Source: Methanoregula sp. (GTDB lineage Archaea > Halobacteriota > Methanomicrobia > Methanomicrobiales > Methanospirillaceae). Taken from it: a stretch of 64,000 bases of DNA. The stretch covers positions 1 to 64,000 of the forward strand of contig JBDKTL010000027.1 of the NCBI GenBank assembly GCA_039698055.1. The letters are read 5' to 3'. The translations under genes and the position numbers were made by a program. The notes under the pieces are model-generated. The model was given only the letters and a program-made list of their open reading frames with translations. It was not told the origin of the DNA and searched no databases. Positions 20,404-29,830 of the stretch are shown one piece after another. Within the stretch, counting starts at the first letter, position 1. Each line of letters opens with the position of its first letter.

Positions 20404-23086
20404 CCACCTGAACCCCAAGGTACGGGCATGTATCAAAAAGCGGGGATTCACCCGTTTGTCGGAAGCGCAGGAACAGGCAATACCCCTCATTCTCTCCGGC
20501 AGCAACGTCGTCCTGATCGCGCCGACCGGCACCGGCAAAACAGAAAGTGCGATGTTCCCGATTTTTAATGCACTCCTCACCTTGCCGGCTGGTGGCGGGT
20601 TCAAAGCAGTGTATGTAACCCCGCTGCGCTCGCTTAACCGGGATATTCTCTCACGGATGGAGTGGTGGTGCCACGAACTGGGTCTTACCGTTGGGGTGCG
20701 ACACGGAGACACACCCGCCGGTGAGCGGCGAAAGCAGGCGCTCAATCCCCCGGACCTCCTTATCACGACACCGGAAACCCTGCAGGCGCTCTTTATGGGA
20801 AAGAGACTCCGGACGCATTTAAAGAATGTCCGGTTTGTCATCATCGACGAGATCCACGAGATGGCGGGAAGCAAACGCGGCGCCCAGCTTGCCGTCGCTC
20901 TTGAACGGCTCGCGGTATATGCAGGGGAATTCCAGCGCATCGGTCTCTCGGCGACGGTCGGAAATCCCGAAGAGATCGCACGATTTCTCTGCGGGACACG
21001 CCCGTGCCCGGTTGTCCAGGTGCCGGTCGCAAAACACCTCGATATCAGGGTCACGTTTGTCGGCGACGATTTCAAACACCAGGCGGCACTTCTTGAAAAG
21101 GCACTGGAGCGGGAAGGTTCCACGCTTGTTTTTGTCAATACCCGGGTGACCGCAGAAGCCCTCGGGCATGCGCTGTTCGAGCGCGGGGACGTCGAAGTGC
21201 ACCACGGATCGCTCTCAAAAGAGATCCGGATTGATGCTGAAGAGCGGTTCAAAAAAGGCGAGATCCGGACCCTTATCTGCACCTCGTCCATGGAACTGGG
21301 CATCGATATCGGACGGGTTGACCACGTAATCCAGTTTGGTTCGCCGCGTGAAGTGGCGCGGCTCGTGCAGAGAGTAGGCCGGGCCGGTCACCAGCTGAAC
21401 ACAATCTCAAAGGGCACGATCTTTGCGACCAGCTTTGACGACCTGATCGAATCGCTGGTGATCGCCCGCAAGGCAAAGGCAAATGAGATTGAGCCCATTG
21501 TCCCGACCATCAATGCCGGCGATGTGCTCGCAAACCAGATCGCTGCCATCGCGGTCGAATATGGCGAGATATCCCGTTTGCGGATCCGGGAAATTGTCGA
21601 GCGGACCGCCATCTTTGCTACCTGCGGCTCTCTGCTGGATGAAGTCTGCACGCAGCTGGAGGAGCACCGGATCATCCGGATTGACGGCGACAACATCGTC
21701 ACGACTGCCCGGGCCCGGCGTTACCTCTCCGGCAACCTTTCCATGATCCATGACGAGCGAAAAGTGCCGATCTTCGACATGGTTTCCCGGAGGACGGTGG
21801 GCACGCTCGATGAATCGTTTGTGGTCGGGTGGGTGCATACCGGCGCGGTCTTTATCACCAAGGGTCAGCTCTGGCGGGTATTGGAGATTGCCGATGGCAG
21901 GCTGACGGTTGAACCCACCAAAAAGGCGCAGGGGGAACTGCCGTCATGGGAGGGAGAACAGATTCCTGTTCCGTTTGCCGTGGCAACAGAAGCCGGTAGT
22001 ATCCGGCGGCAGCGGAATATGGGGGACTATACCCATGAAAAAGAGAGCATTGCATTTGCCACTCACTTCCTCTCGGAAGTTGAAAAGAACCGGTCTCTTG
22101 TCCCGACCGACCGGCTTATCACGCTTGAAAATTCCGAAGACGGGGTCGTCTGCAATGTGTGCGCCGGCCATAAGGCAAACGAAGCGCTTGGACGGGTTCT
22201 TTCCATCCTGATCTCTGCCCGCTACGGCACAACGGTCGGCCTGGAACTGGATGCCTACCGGTTCCTTCTCCGTGTCCCTTCTGCGGTGCGGGCATCAGAT
22301 GTCCGGGATTTCATCACCAGTCTCGATCCCACCCACATGCCCGGCATTCTCCGGCTTGCGCTCAAGCGGACGGCGCTCTTTAAATGGAAACTGGTGCAGA
22401 TTGCAAAGAAGTTTGGCGCGATTGACCCGGATGCGGATTACGAGAAGATCAGCATCCATCGCCTGCTCGAATATTTTGATTCGACGGTTGTCCAGCAGGA
22501 AGCCTACCGGGAACTGCTGTCCGATTACATGGATATCGATACTGCCGCCGGTATTGTCAGCCGGGTAAAACGTGGTGAGATCGCCCTTGCGATAAGTCCC
22601 CACTCCCTGATCGGTGCCGGGGGACTCCTCTCATCCCGGGACCAGATCCCTCCGCCCACTGCCGATCAGGCCGTCATTGCGACCCTGAAACGGCGGCTGG
22701 AGCAGGACGATGTCGTGCTGGCATGCATGAACTGCCGGGACTGGAAGACCCGGACGGTGGTTTCCCGTGTCGCTGACAACCCCACGTGCCCGAAATGCGG
22801 CGCCCGGCTGATCGCCGCGCTCAAGCCCTACGAGGATGAAGCCTATACGATCGCGAATAAAAAGAAGAAGAACGAGGAGGAGCGTGCCGTGGAGAAACGA
22901 TTGCTCCGCAATGCAAACATCGTACTTTCCAGCGGCAAAAAAGCGGTGATCGCGCTCTCCGCCCGGGGTGTCGGGCCGGAGAACGCTTCACGGATCCTTG
23001 CTACACTCACGAGCGGCGACGCATTCTACCGCGAGATCCTGAAAGCCGAGCGGTCGTTTATCCAGACGCACCGGTACTGGTCGTAG
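20390..23086 (+). CDS. Lhr-like SF2 DEAD/DEAH helicase with C-terminal zinc finger
   Basis: APTGTGKT, DEIH, SAT, HHGS, TSSMELGIDIG and QRVGRAGH; CMNC...CPKC. Confidence 0.92.
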   Translation: MTPIDHLNPKVRACIKKRGFTRLSEAQEQAIPLILSGSNVVLIAPTGTGKTESAMFPIFNALLTLPAGGGFKAVYVTPLRSLNRDILSRMEWWCHELGLTVGVRHGDTPAGERRKQALNPPDLLITTPETLQALFMGKRLRTHLKNVRFVIIDEIHEMAGSKRGAQLAVALERLAVYAGEFQRIGLSATVGNPEEIARFLCGTRPCPVVQVPVAKHLDIRVTFVGDDFKHQAALLEKALEREGSTLVFVNTRVTAEALGHALFERGDVEVHHGSLSKEIRIDAEERFKKGEIRTLICTSSMELGIDIGRVDHVIQFGSPREVARLVQRVGRAGHQLNTISKGTIFATSFDDLIESLVIARKAKANEIEPIVPTINAGDVLANQIAAIAVEYGEISRLRIREIVERTAIFATCGSLLDEVCTQLEEHRIIRIDGDNIVTTARARRYLSGNLSMIHDERKVPIFDMVSRRTVGTLDESFVVGWVHTGAVFITKGQLWRVLEIADGRLTVEPTKKAQGELPSWEGEQIPVPFAVATEAGSIRRQRNMGDYTHEKESIAFATHFLSEVEKNRSLVPTDRLITLENSEDGVVCNVCAGHKANEALGRVLSILISARYGTTVGLELDAYRFLLRVPSAVRASDVRDFITSLDPTHMPGILRLALKRTALFKWKLVQIAKKFGAIDPDADYEKISIHRLLEYFDSTVVQQEAYRELLSDYMDIDTAAGIVSRVKRGEIALAISPHSLIGAGGLLSSRDQIPPPTADQAVIATLKRRLEQDDVVLACMNCRDWKTRTVVSRVADNPTCPKCGARLIAALKPYEDEAYTIANKKKKNEEERAVEKRLLRNANIVLSSGKKAVIALSARGVGPENASRILATLTSGDAFYREILKAERSFIQTHRYWS

Positions 23087-23239
23087 CGGCACCCTGGAAT
23101 ATTTTTATTTTTTTTAATATGTGATATCGTAACAAAAACGACGGTTTTTTTGCACAAATGCCAGTTAAAATGCCATGATGGGCAGAATGAAAAGAAGAAT
23201 CATCTAAAAAAAGGTGTATTGGACCTGCCAATACCCGTA

Positions 23240-23794
23240 TTACATTATGCTTTCAAGTTTCTGTTCGAGGAAATCGAGGCCTTTTTTGATATCTACGAGA
23301 TTTTTCCCGCCGGTCAGGATAATCTTGCCTGAAGAGAACAGCAGTGCGACAATCTTTGGCTCCTTGATACGGTAGACAAGGCCGGGGAACTGTTCGGGCT
23401 CGTATTCGATATTCTCAAGGTTTAAGGTGACGACGACCTTGTTTAAGTTGATGTATTTTCCGATATCGTAGGAGCAGACGATGTTGGTGATTGCGACACG
23501 GGGCGTGTCATAGGTATCGACACCGGCTTCTTTGAGCGATTTCATGATGATGGCAAGACCATCCTTGAGCGCCTTGTCATCCCGGATGCCGGTGAGGACA
23601 ACTTTGCCCGAGGAAAAGATCAGCGACGCAATCTTCGGTTTCTCAATCCGGTAAACCGCGCCGGGGAACCTCTTGGTGTTGAGCTCGCAGCTCTTGATCT
23701 TGCTTGATACCATATTGAGATCGATGGAGTCTGCAATAACGCCGGAAGCGACGACGTTCTCAATCTTTAAGGAAGCATACTGTTTTTCAGCCAT
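23240..23794 (-). CDS. tbp: TATA-box binding protein
   Basis: Two repeats: IENVVAS...FPGAVYR...LIFSSGKVVLTG and YEPEQFPGLVYR...LLFSSGKIILTG. Confidence 0.97.
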   Translation of the reverse strand: MAEKQYASLKIENVVASGVIADSIDLNMVSSKIKSCELNTKRFPGAVYRIEKPKIASLIFSSGKVVLTGIRDDKALKDGLAIIMKSLKEAGVDTYDTPRVAITNIVCSYDIGKYINLNKVVVTLNLENIEYEPEQFPGLVYRIKEPKIVALLFSSGKIILTGGKNLVDIKKGLDFLEQKLESIM

Positions 23795-24177
23795 TGATAT
23801 ACTATGCAGTCTGGCGAATCATAATACTAATGCACAATCTTTATGGTACCTCGTGAATTCATGCGGGGTATCTATTCGTAAAATCCACAGGATCAGGGTG
23901 AGGGCGATATAATTCCCCCTTCTCCTGTTTACCCCGGGGAATGCCTCCTTTACCGCAGTTATACCCTTACTTCAGCGGGAACAATCCCTTAAAAATGATT
24001 TTTCCGTAACTGATGGCATCTGCCAGAACGTTCCCGCTGTATCTGGAAAAACATTCCGGTTGTTTCTCTTAAAAGGATGATAACCAATGCAGCAGGTACA
24101 GTCTTCTCTTTTTCATGAGTTCCGCAGGAGATTTTTCAAACGGTTATTTAAACCAAAAAAAACAAAAATTCCGGTCT

Positions 24178-25848
24178 ATGTCTATGCCCGAGCACAATAT
24201 GACCGATTATGAGCAAACCTACCGGGATTTCTCCATAACTGTCCCCGAATACTATAATTTTGGTTTTGATGTCATCGATGCCTGGGCAAAAGAAGACCGG
24301 AACAAGCTTGCCATGATCTGGGTAAACCAGGAAGGCGACGAGAAAAAATACAGTTTCCTTGATCTGGCAAACCTCTCCAACCAGGCAGCAAACGTGCTCC
24401 TGAAATACGGTGTCAACAAAGGCGACCGTGTGCTCGTCATGCTCCCCCGGATCCCTGAATGGTGGATCTTTGCCATTGCACTTATCAAGCTCGGCGCAGT
24501 CCTGGCTCCCTGCCCGACGATGCTCACGCCCCGGGACATCAAGTACCGGGTCAACAAGGGCAAATTCCGGATGATTATTACGGATCTTGAAAACACCGGC
24601 AAAGTCGAAGCGATCTGCAACGAGTGTCCGACGCTTTCCTGCCGTTTTGTCGTTGACGGGGAAAAAGAGGGATGGGCAAGCTGGCCGTACGAGCTGCTGT
24701 ACCCGGCACCGGTCTCCCACCGTTCCGTGAGCATTCCGGATAACCGGCGGACAAAGTCCACCGATCCGATGCTGATCTATTTTACGTCAGGCACTACCGG
24801 AGAGCCAAAAATGGTGCTGCACAACCATGGCTATCCGCTGGGCCATATCGTCACCGCCCGGCTCTGGCAGGATCTCCGGTATAATGACCTGCACCTCACG
24901 GTGTCTGATACCGGGTGGGCGAAATGCGCATGGGGGAAGATCTTCGGGCAGTGGATTGAAGGAGCCTGCATCTTTGTCTGCAACTTTACCGGGAAGTTCC
25001 AGGCAACCGAAGTGCTCCCCCTGCTTGAAAAATACCAGATCACCAGCTTCTGCTGCCCGCCGACCATTTACCGGATGCTGATCCTCGCCGATCTCGACCG
25101 GTTTGATTTCTCATCCCTGCGGCACTGCTGCAGTGCGGGCGAGCCGCTGAACCCCGAAGTGATCCGGGTATGGAAGGAAGGAACCGGCCTTATGATCCAT
25201 GAAGGGTACGGGCAGAGTGAGACGGCCTGCTGTATTGCACAGTTTGCCTGTCTTGAACAGCGCCCGGGTTCCATGGGAAAACCATCTCCCGGGTGGCGGG
25301 TGGAACTCCACGATGATGAGGGCAAACCGACCATCGGTGTCCGGCAGGAGGGCAGGATCGCGATCTTCTGCAACCCCCCGCCTCCAGGGCTTGTGGTGGA
25401 GTATATCGACAACCCTGAAGAGAATGCGAAATCCTTTGTGAACGGCTGGTATTATACCGGTGACAAAGCGTACCGGGACGAGGACGGGTATTACTGGTTT
25501 GTCGGCAGGGACGATGACGTGATCAAGAGTTCCGGGTACCGGATCGGCCCGTTTGAAGTGGAAAGTGCGCTGCTTGAACATCCTGCGGTGCAGGAAGCGG
25601 CGGTGGTGGGTTCACCGGATCGGATTCGCGGGCTGATCATCAAGGCATTTGTTGTCCTGAACACGGGTTTCGAACCATCAGAGTCACTGGTAAAAGAACT
25701 CAAAAATTATGTGAAACGCACCACAGCGCCCTACAAGTACCCCCGGGCAATCGAATTTATCGATGAAGTCCCAAAAACGATTTCCGGAAAGATCAAGCGC
25801 AACGAACTGCGCGAACGGGAACTCAAAAAATATAACGAACAGAAATAA
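24178..25848 (+). CDS. AMP-forming acyl-CoA synthetase (medium-chain ACS family), paralog 1
   Basis: YFTSGTTGEPK, EGYGQSE, YYTGD, GRDDDVIKSSGYRIGPFEVE and PKTISGKIKR; start may be 24178 or 24184. Confidence 0.92.
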   Translation: MSMPEHNMTDYEQTYRDFSITVPEYYNFGFDVIDAWAKEDRNKLAMIWVNQEGDEKKYSFLDLANLSNQAANVLLKYGVNKGDRVLVMLPRIPEWWIFAIALIKLGAVLAPCPTMLTPRDIKYRVNKGKFRMIITDLENTGKVEAICNECPTLSCRFVVDGEKEGWASWPYELLYPAPVSHRSVSIPDNRRTKSTDPMLIYFTSGTTGEPKMVLHNHGYPLGHIVTARLWQDLRYNDLHLTVSDTGWAKCAWGKIFGQWIEGACIFVCNFTGKFQATEVLPLLEKYQITSFCCPPTIYRMLILADLDRFDFSSLRHCCSAGEPLNPEVIRVWKEGTGLMIHEGYGQSETACCIAQFACLEQRPGSMGKPSPGWRVELHDDEGKPTIGVRQEGRIAIFCNPPPPGLVVEYIDNPEENAKSFVNGWYYTGDKAYRDEDGYYWFVGRDDDVIKSSGYRIGPFEVESALLEHPAVQEAAVVGSPDRIRGLIIKAFVVLNTGFEPSESLVKELKNYVKRTTAPYKYPRAIEFIDEVPKTISGKIKRNELRERELKKYNEQK

Positions 25849-25899
25849 TATTTTTTCTTTTTTTAACAGGTAGTCCTATGAGCACTGCGGGTTTTTAAG

Positions 25900-26168
25900 T
25901 GCACCAAATCTTGCGGAACATTTGCTTCACGAATCATTTTCTGGTGCAAAAATAATCGAAACCCTCATAATATGCACCAGCAAATGGAATAAGCATGGTG
26001 CGATATTCTGTCACAATGGATGACACGCTTACGGAAAATATCGATAAATCCTGCGAGAAACGAAAAGTTTCCCGTTCAGACTGGATAAACGAAGCGTGCA
26101 CCACGTTCCTTACTGCCAGCGAGTGCATGAACCCTGCTGGTGCAACCCCCCTTCCCTCTGCTGGTGCA
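25900..26168. promoter_or_regulatory. Cluster of seven TGGTGCA/TGCACCA boxes (putative operator array)
   Basis: TGCACCA at 25900, 25973 and 26097; TGGTGCA at 25942, 26138 and 26162; TGGTGCG at 25996. Confidence 0.55.
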
Positions 26169-27860
26169 GTGATGGGGCCGGACGAACACAATATGCCCGA
26201 CTACGATGCGATGTACCGTGACTTCAAAATTGATGTTCCCGAGTATTTCAACTTCGGGTTTGACGTGATCGATGCATGGGCAAAGAAGGACCGGAACAAG
26301 ATCGCCATGATCTGGCTCAACCAGCAGGGCGTTGAGAAAAAATTCACGTTCTGGGACCTGATGCGGCTTTCAAACCAGGTTGTGAACATGCTGATCAAGT
26401 ACGGTGTCAACAAGGGTGACCGGGTCATGATCATGCTCCCCCGGATCCCGGAGTGGTGGATCGTGACCCTTGCACTGATCAAGCGTGGTGCAGTGTACTG
26501 CCCGGCGCCAACGATGCTCACGCACAAAGACCTGAAATACCGGATTAATGCCGCAGAGATCAAAATGGTCATCACCATGGAGGAGGAGGCAGCAAAAATT
26601 GACGAGGTTGCCAAGGAATGCCCGTCTCTTTCCTGCAAACTGATGGTCGATGGCAAGCGCCCGGGCTGGATCAGTTACCCGGTGGAGCTGGATTATCCCG
26701 CACCGGTCTCCACAAAACTGGTGACATTACCCGGCATGAAAAAGACCAAATCCACCGACCCGCTCGTAATCTTTTTTACTTCGGGTACTACGGGCGAGCC
26801 AAAGATGGTGGTGCACGACCACAGCTACCCGCTGGGCCATATCGTCACCGCACGGTTCTGGCACGATATCCGGGTAAACGATCTTCACTTTACCCTCTCC
26901 GATACCGGCTGGGCCAAGAGTGCGTGGGGGAAGTTGTATGGCCAGTGGCTCGAAGGTGCCGCGATCTTTGTCTACGATATCCGGGGCAAGTTCAACGCGA
27001 CCGAGATCCTGCCGCTCATCGAGAAATATGGGATCACGACGTTCTGCTGCCCGCCGACGATTTACCGGATGCTGATCCTTGCCGATCTCGACAAGTTTGA
27101 TTTCACGGAACTCCGGCATTGCGTGAGCGCGGGCGAACCGCTGAACCCTGAAGTGATAAAAGCCTGGAAGGACGCGACCGGCCTTACCATCTACGAAGGG
27201 TACGGGCAGACGGAGACGGTGCTCTGCATCGGGACGTTCCCCGGTATGACGCCAAAATTCGGGTCGATGGGAAAACCCTCGCCCGGCTGGCACATCGAAC
27301 TCCATGACGACAACGGGAAACCAGTGGCAGAGCACGAAGAAGGCCGGATTGCGATCAAGATCGAGCCCACCCCCCCGGTGGGGATGTTTCGCGGGTACCT
27401 GGACAACGAAGAGGAGAACAAGAAATCGTTTGTCAACGGCTGGTTCTACACCGGTGACAAGGCCTACCGTGACGAGGACGGGTATTTCTGGTTTATTGGC
27501 CGGGACGATGATGTGATCAAGGCATCCGGGTACCGTATCGGGCCCTTTGAGGTGGAAAGTGCCTTAATCGAGCACCCGTCCGTTGCGGAAGCAGCAGTGG
27601 TCGGATCCCCGGACGATATCCGCGGGTTGATTGTCAAAGCGTTTATCATTCTCAAACCAGGATTCAAGCCATCCGATGCGCTCGTCAAAGAACTGCAGAC
27701 CTATGTCAAAAACGTCACTGCACCGTATAAGTATCCCCGTGCGATCGAGTTTGTGTCATCGCTCCCAAAGACGATCTCCGGCAAGATCCGGAGAAAGGAA
27801 TTGCGTGAGAAGGAACTGAAAAAATACCAGTCCGGAAATAACGGAAACCCTCACCAGTAA
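25995..27860 (+). CDS. Acyl-CoA synthetase paralog 2 with N-terminal ribbon-helix-helix (CopG/NikR-like) domain
   Basis: N-terminus MVRYSVTMDDTLTENIDKSCEKRKVSRSDWINEAC fits the RHH pattern; a linker is followed by a full ACS (FFTSGTTGEPK, YGQTE, PKTISGKIRR). Confidence 0.88.
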   Translation: MVRYSVTMDDTLTENIDKSCEKRKVSRSDWINEACTTFLTASECMNPAGATPLPSAGAVMGPDEHNMPDYDAMYRDFKIDVPEYFNFGFDVIDAWAKKDRNKIAMIWLNQQGVEKKFTFWDLMRLSNQVVNMLIKYGVNKGDRVMIMLPRIPEWWIVTLALIKRGAVYCPAPTMLTHKDLKYRINAAEIKMVITMEEEAAKIDEVAKECPSLSCKLMVDGKRPGWISYPVELDYPAPVSTKLVTLPGMKKTKSTDPLVIFFTSGTTGEPKMVVHDHSYPLGHIVTARFWHDIRVNDLHFTLSDTGWAKSAWGKLYGQWLEGAAIFVYDIRGKFNATEILPLIEKYGITTFCCPPTIYRMLILADLDKFDFTELRHCVSAGEPLNPEVIKAWKDATGLTIYEGYGQTETVLCIGTFPGMTPKFGSMGKPSPGWHIELHDDNGKPVAEHEEGRIAIKIEPTPPVGMFRGYLDNEEENKKSFVNGWFYTGDKAYRDEDGYFWFIGRDDDVIKASGYRIGPFEVESALIEHPSVAEAAVVGSPDDIRGLIVKAFIILKPGFKPSDALVKELQTYVKNVTAPYKYPRAIEFVSSLPKTISGKIRRKELREKELKKYQSGNNGNPHQ

Positions 27861-27914
27861 ATTCCCCCATTCTCCCCTAACTTTATTTAATCCAGAGCGT
27901 GAATATATACAAGC

Positions 27915-27999
27915 GCGAGGGTAGCCAAGCCCGGTCAACGGCGCCAGCTTCAGGGGTTGGTCTCGAAGGAGTTCTTGGGTTCGAATCCCATCCCTCGCA
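27915..27999 (+). tRNA. tRNA-Leu (anticodon CAG)
   Basis: Acceptor GCGAGGG/CCCTCGC-A, anticodon arm CCAGC-TTCAGGG-GTTGG, long variable arm, T-loop GGTTCGAATCC. Confidence 0.93.
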
Positions 28000-28050
28000 T
28001 TTTTCTCTTATTTTTCTGATACAGAAGTGCTTGGCCAATAATAGATTTTT

Positions 28051-28326
28051 TTAGAAATCACGGTATGCCTGTTTCCGGTAATCGATTTCAAGGACATGGA
28101 TAATCAGGACATTATCATGGATTGAGAGCAATGCACGAACATTCCTTTTGACCCGGAGAGAATACACCGGATGGTTTGGATTTGACGCCTTCATTTTTTT
28201 GATGAACTGATACGGGTCTTCCTTGATAGTGTGAACCGTGCTGACAACCTTTCGGGCAATCTCCAGTGGCAATTTTTCCAGATCCCGGTCTGCACGACGG
28301 GTATACTTCACCCGGTACTGACTCAT
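28051..28326 (-). CDS. relE: RelE/ParE-family toxin
   Basis: YRVKYTRRADRDLEKL...YSLRV...YRKQAY; overlaps the antitoxin stop codon. Confidence 0.8.
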   Translation of the reverse strand: MSQYRVKYTRRADRDLEKLPLEIARKVVSTVHTIKEDPYQFIKKMKASNPNHPVYSLRVKRNVRALLSIHDNVLIIHVLEIDYRKQAYRDF

Positions 28327-28559
28327 TTAACCCCATATTTCTTCTTGATATCCTCTTCAGAAATTAGATTTCCTTTTTTAATATCATCAAGGCCTTCTTC
28401 CAGTCCTTTGATAGCATCTGCACTGAGCGGTTCATCGTCAACGGTGAGATTCACCAGGCGTTCGATGACATCGTTGTATGATTCCTTTGGGTTTCGCTTC
28501 AGGTTGTTCAACTGGCTTTTGAGATCTTCCCGGATGTAAATGGAGCTTGCTGCCTGCAT
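28323..28559 (-). CDS. Antitoxin (DUF7557/RelB-like)
   Basis: SSIYI...LK..ESYNDVIERL...EGLDDIKKG..SEEDIKK; directly upstream of relE. Confidence 0.75.
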   Translation of the reverse strand: MQAASSIYIREDLKSQLNNLKRNPKESYNDVIERLVNLTVDDEPLSADAIKGLEEGLDDIKKGNLISEEDIKKKYGVK

Positions 28560-28728
28560 AGTAATACCTATAGGTGGCCATAGGTATAAATCAGCTCACA
28601 TGATATCGTTTTTTTTCGTGCATTACAAGGATAGCATAATTTTTTCTCTTGCTTGCGATCAGGAACACAGCGATGAGGACGGGGCTGACCATTACCCCCA
28701 ATAAAAAAACTTTCCCGGCCCGGGTTCG

Positions 28729-29063
28729 TATGTCCTAAAAATATTTTTGCCGCATCTCCCCACGCGCCAAAAAAATTTCCGGCGCAACGCGAATCGTGCC
28801 AGGAAAAAATACGGCGCGTACCCGATCGGGCCGAAAAAATCGTTGGGCCACTTCCCCAAAATGAACAGCTCCTGTCGGAAAAGACATCGGAAAATGAGAT
28901 CCGATCGTGCCAGAACTTTTTTTGCCTCATCCACAATCGGGTCAGGAATTTTTTTGTCGCGATGCAAATCGGCCCAAAAATATTTCTGGCCCGTACCGGA
29001 TCGCGCCGGAAAAAAGTTTGGCGCGATTGCGATCACCCCAGGAAATCTCTTGGCCACATGACC
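28729..29063. repeat. Degenerate 32-bp-period palindromic tandem array (about 9 units in two blocks)
   Basis: Units begin at 28729, 28761, 28793, 28825 and 28904, 28936, 28968, 29000, 29032; consensus approx ATCGnGCCrrAAAAAwTTTyGGCnCG. Confidence 0.75.
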
Positions 29064-29168
29064 GGATCGGCTGAACCGCCCAATCCGTACCTTTTGTATG
29101 ACGATTTTCATCAGTCCGTAAAAAAGTCCTCGATTCTCACATCGGTTTAAAAAATTTACAAAAAAGGT

Positions 29169-29237
29169 TCAGATCGTTTTGTCAAGGATGATCTGTATTG
29201 AGCCATCCGAATACACGGCAGCTCCGACAACGTGATC
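29169..29237 (-). pseudogene. Pilin 3'-end fragment (DHVVGAAVYSDGSIQIILDKTI*)
   Basis: Near-identical (2 mismatches seen) to 31705-31773, the 3' end of the intact pilin. Confidence 0.85.
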
Positions 29238-29445
29238 ATTGAACTCACTAAAGTCCATCGCTCTGGAGGGAGGTAAAATATATGCCACCCTTTCGAAGGC
29301 CGGGAAAAAGATTGAATTCAACGATTGCCTCATTGCAGCGACGGCCCGGTCACTGGGTATGCGTGGGATCGTTACAATGAACACTGATCACTTCAACCGG
29401 ATTACCGTGTTTGTTGTGATTGTTCCTGAGAATATTGATTTTTAA
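29233..29445 (+). pseudogene. PIN/VapC toxin C-terminal fragment
   Basis: Near-identical to 31225-31437 (FNDCLIAATA...IVT.NTDHF); no 5' half. Confidence 0.85.
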
Positions 29446-29644
29446 TTTTTTTAGCGTGAGATCGATTCTGCTTATGTCTGGTACTGTATCAAAACGAGTG
29501 GATACCCGGGGTTGCAGGTATCGGAATGTCCTTTAGGAGGGTTCCCTTTCTGATTGGATTGCTACGACAACCAGAAACAAAACCTGCTTTTCATGAAAGA
29601 CATATTAACGATAATAGTCCAATATCCCATGAGGATGAACAGGT

Positions 29645-29830
29645 ATGCCGGTTGAAGTTGGAGGCAGATTGCTCAATACTACCACAATACAGCTTGATCA
29701 GCCGCTGCCCAATGGAGAGGATCGCGTAGTGGTCAGGCTGAAAAAAAGATCTCCTGTCCCTACCAAAATGTACGCTCCAGAGGATTTTGTCATGGAGATC
29801 GCAGAGAAAGATCTTGAAGAGCTGTATTGA
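29645..29830 (+). CDS. Putative antitoxin (VapB-like)
   Basis: Small protein with acidic tail whose stop overlaps the start of the PIN gene. Confidence 0.6.
   Translation: MPVEVGGRLLNTTTIQLDQPLPNGEDRVVVRLKKRSPVPTKMYAPEDFVMEIAEKDLEELY

Noticed and set aside
28729-29063. Possible CRISPR array
   Set aside because: There is no invariant repeat separated by unique spacers. The 32-bp period is too short for repeat plus spacer, and no cas genes are in the window.
28568-29150. ORFs 28568-28936, 28692-29111, 28747-29061 and 28962-29150
   Set aside because: They are translations of the periodic non-coding array with no recognisable motifs.
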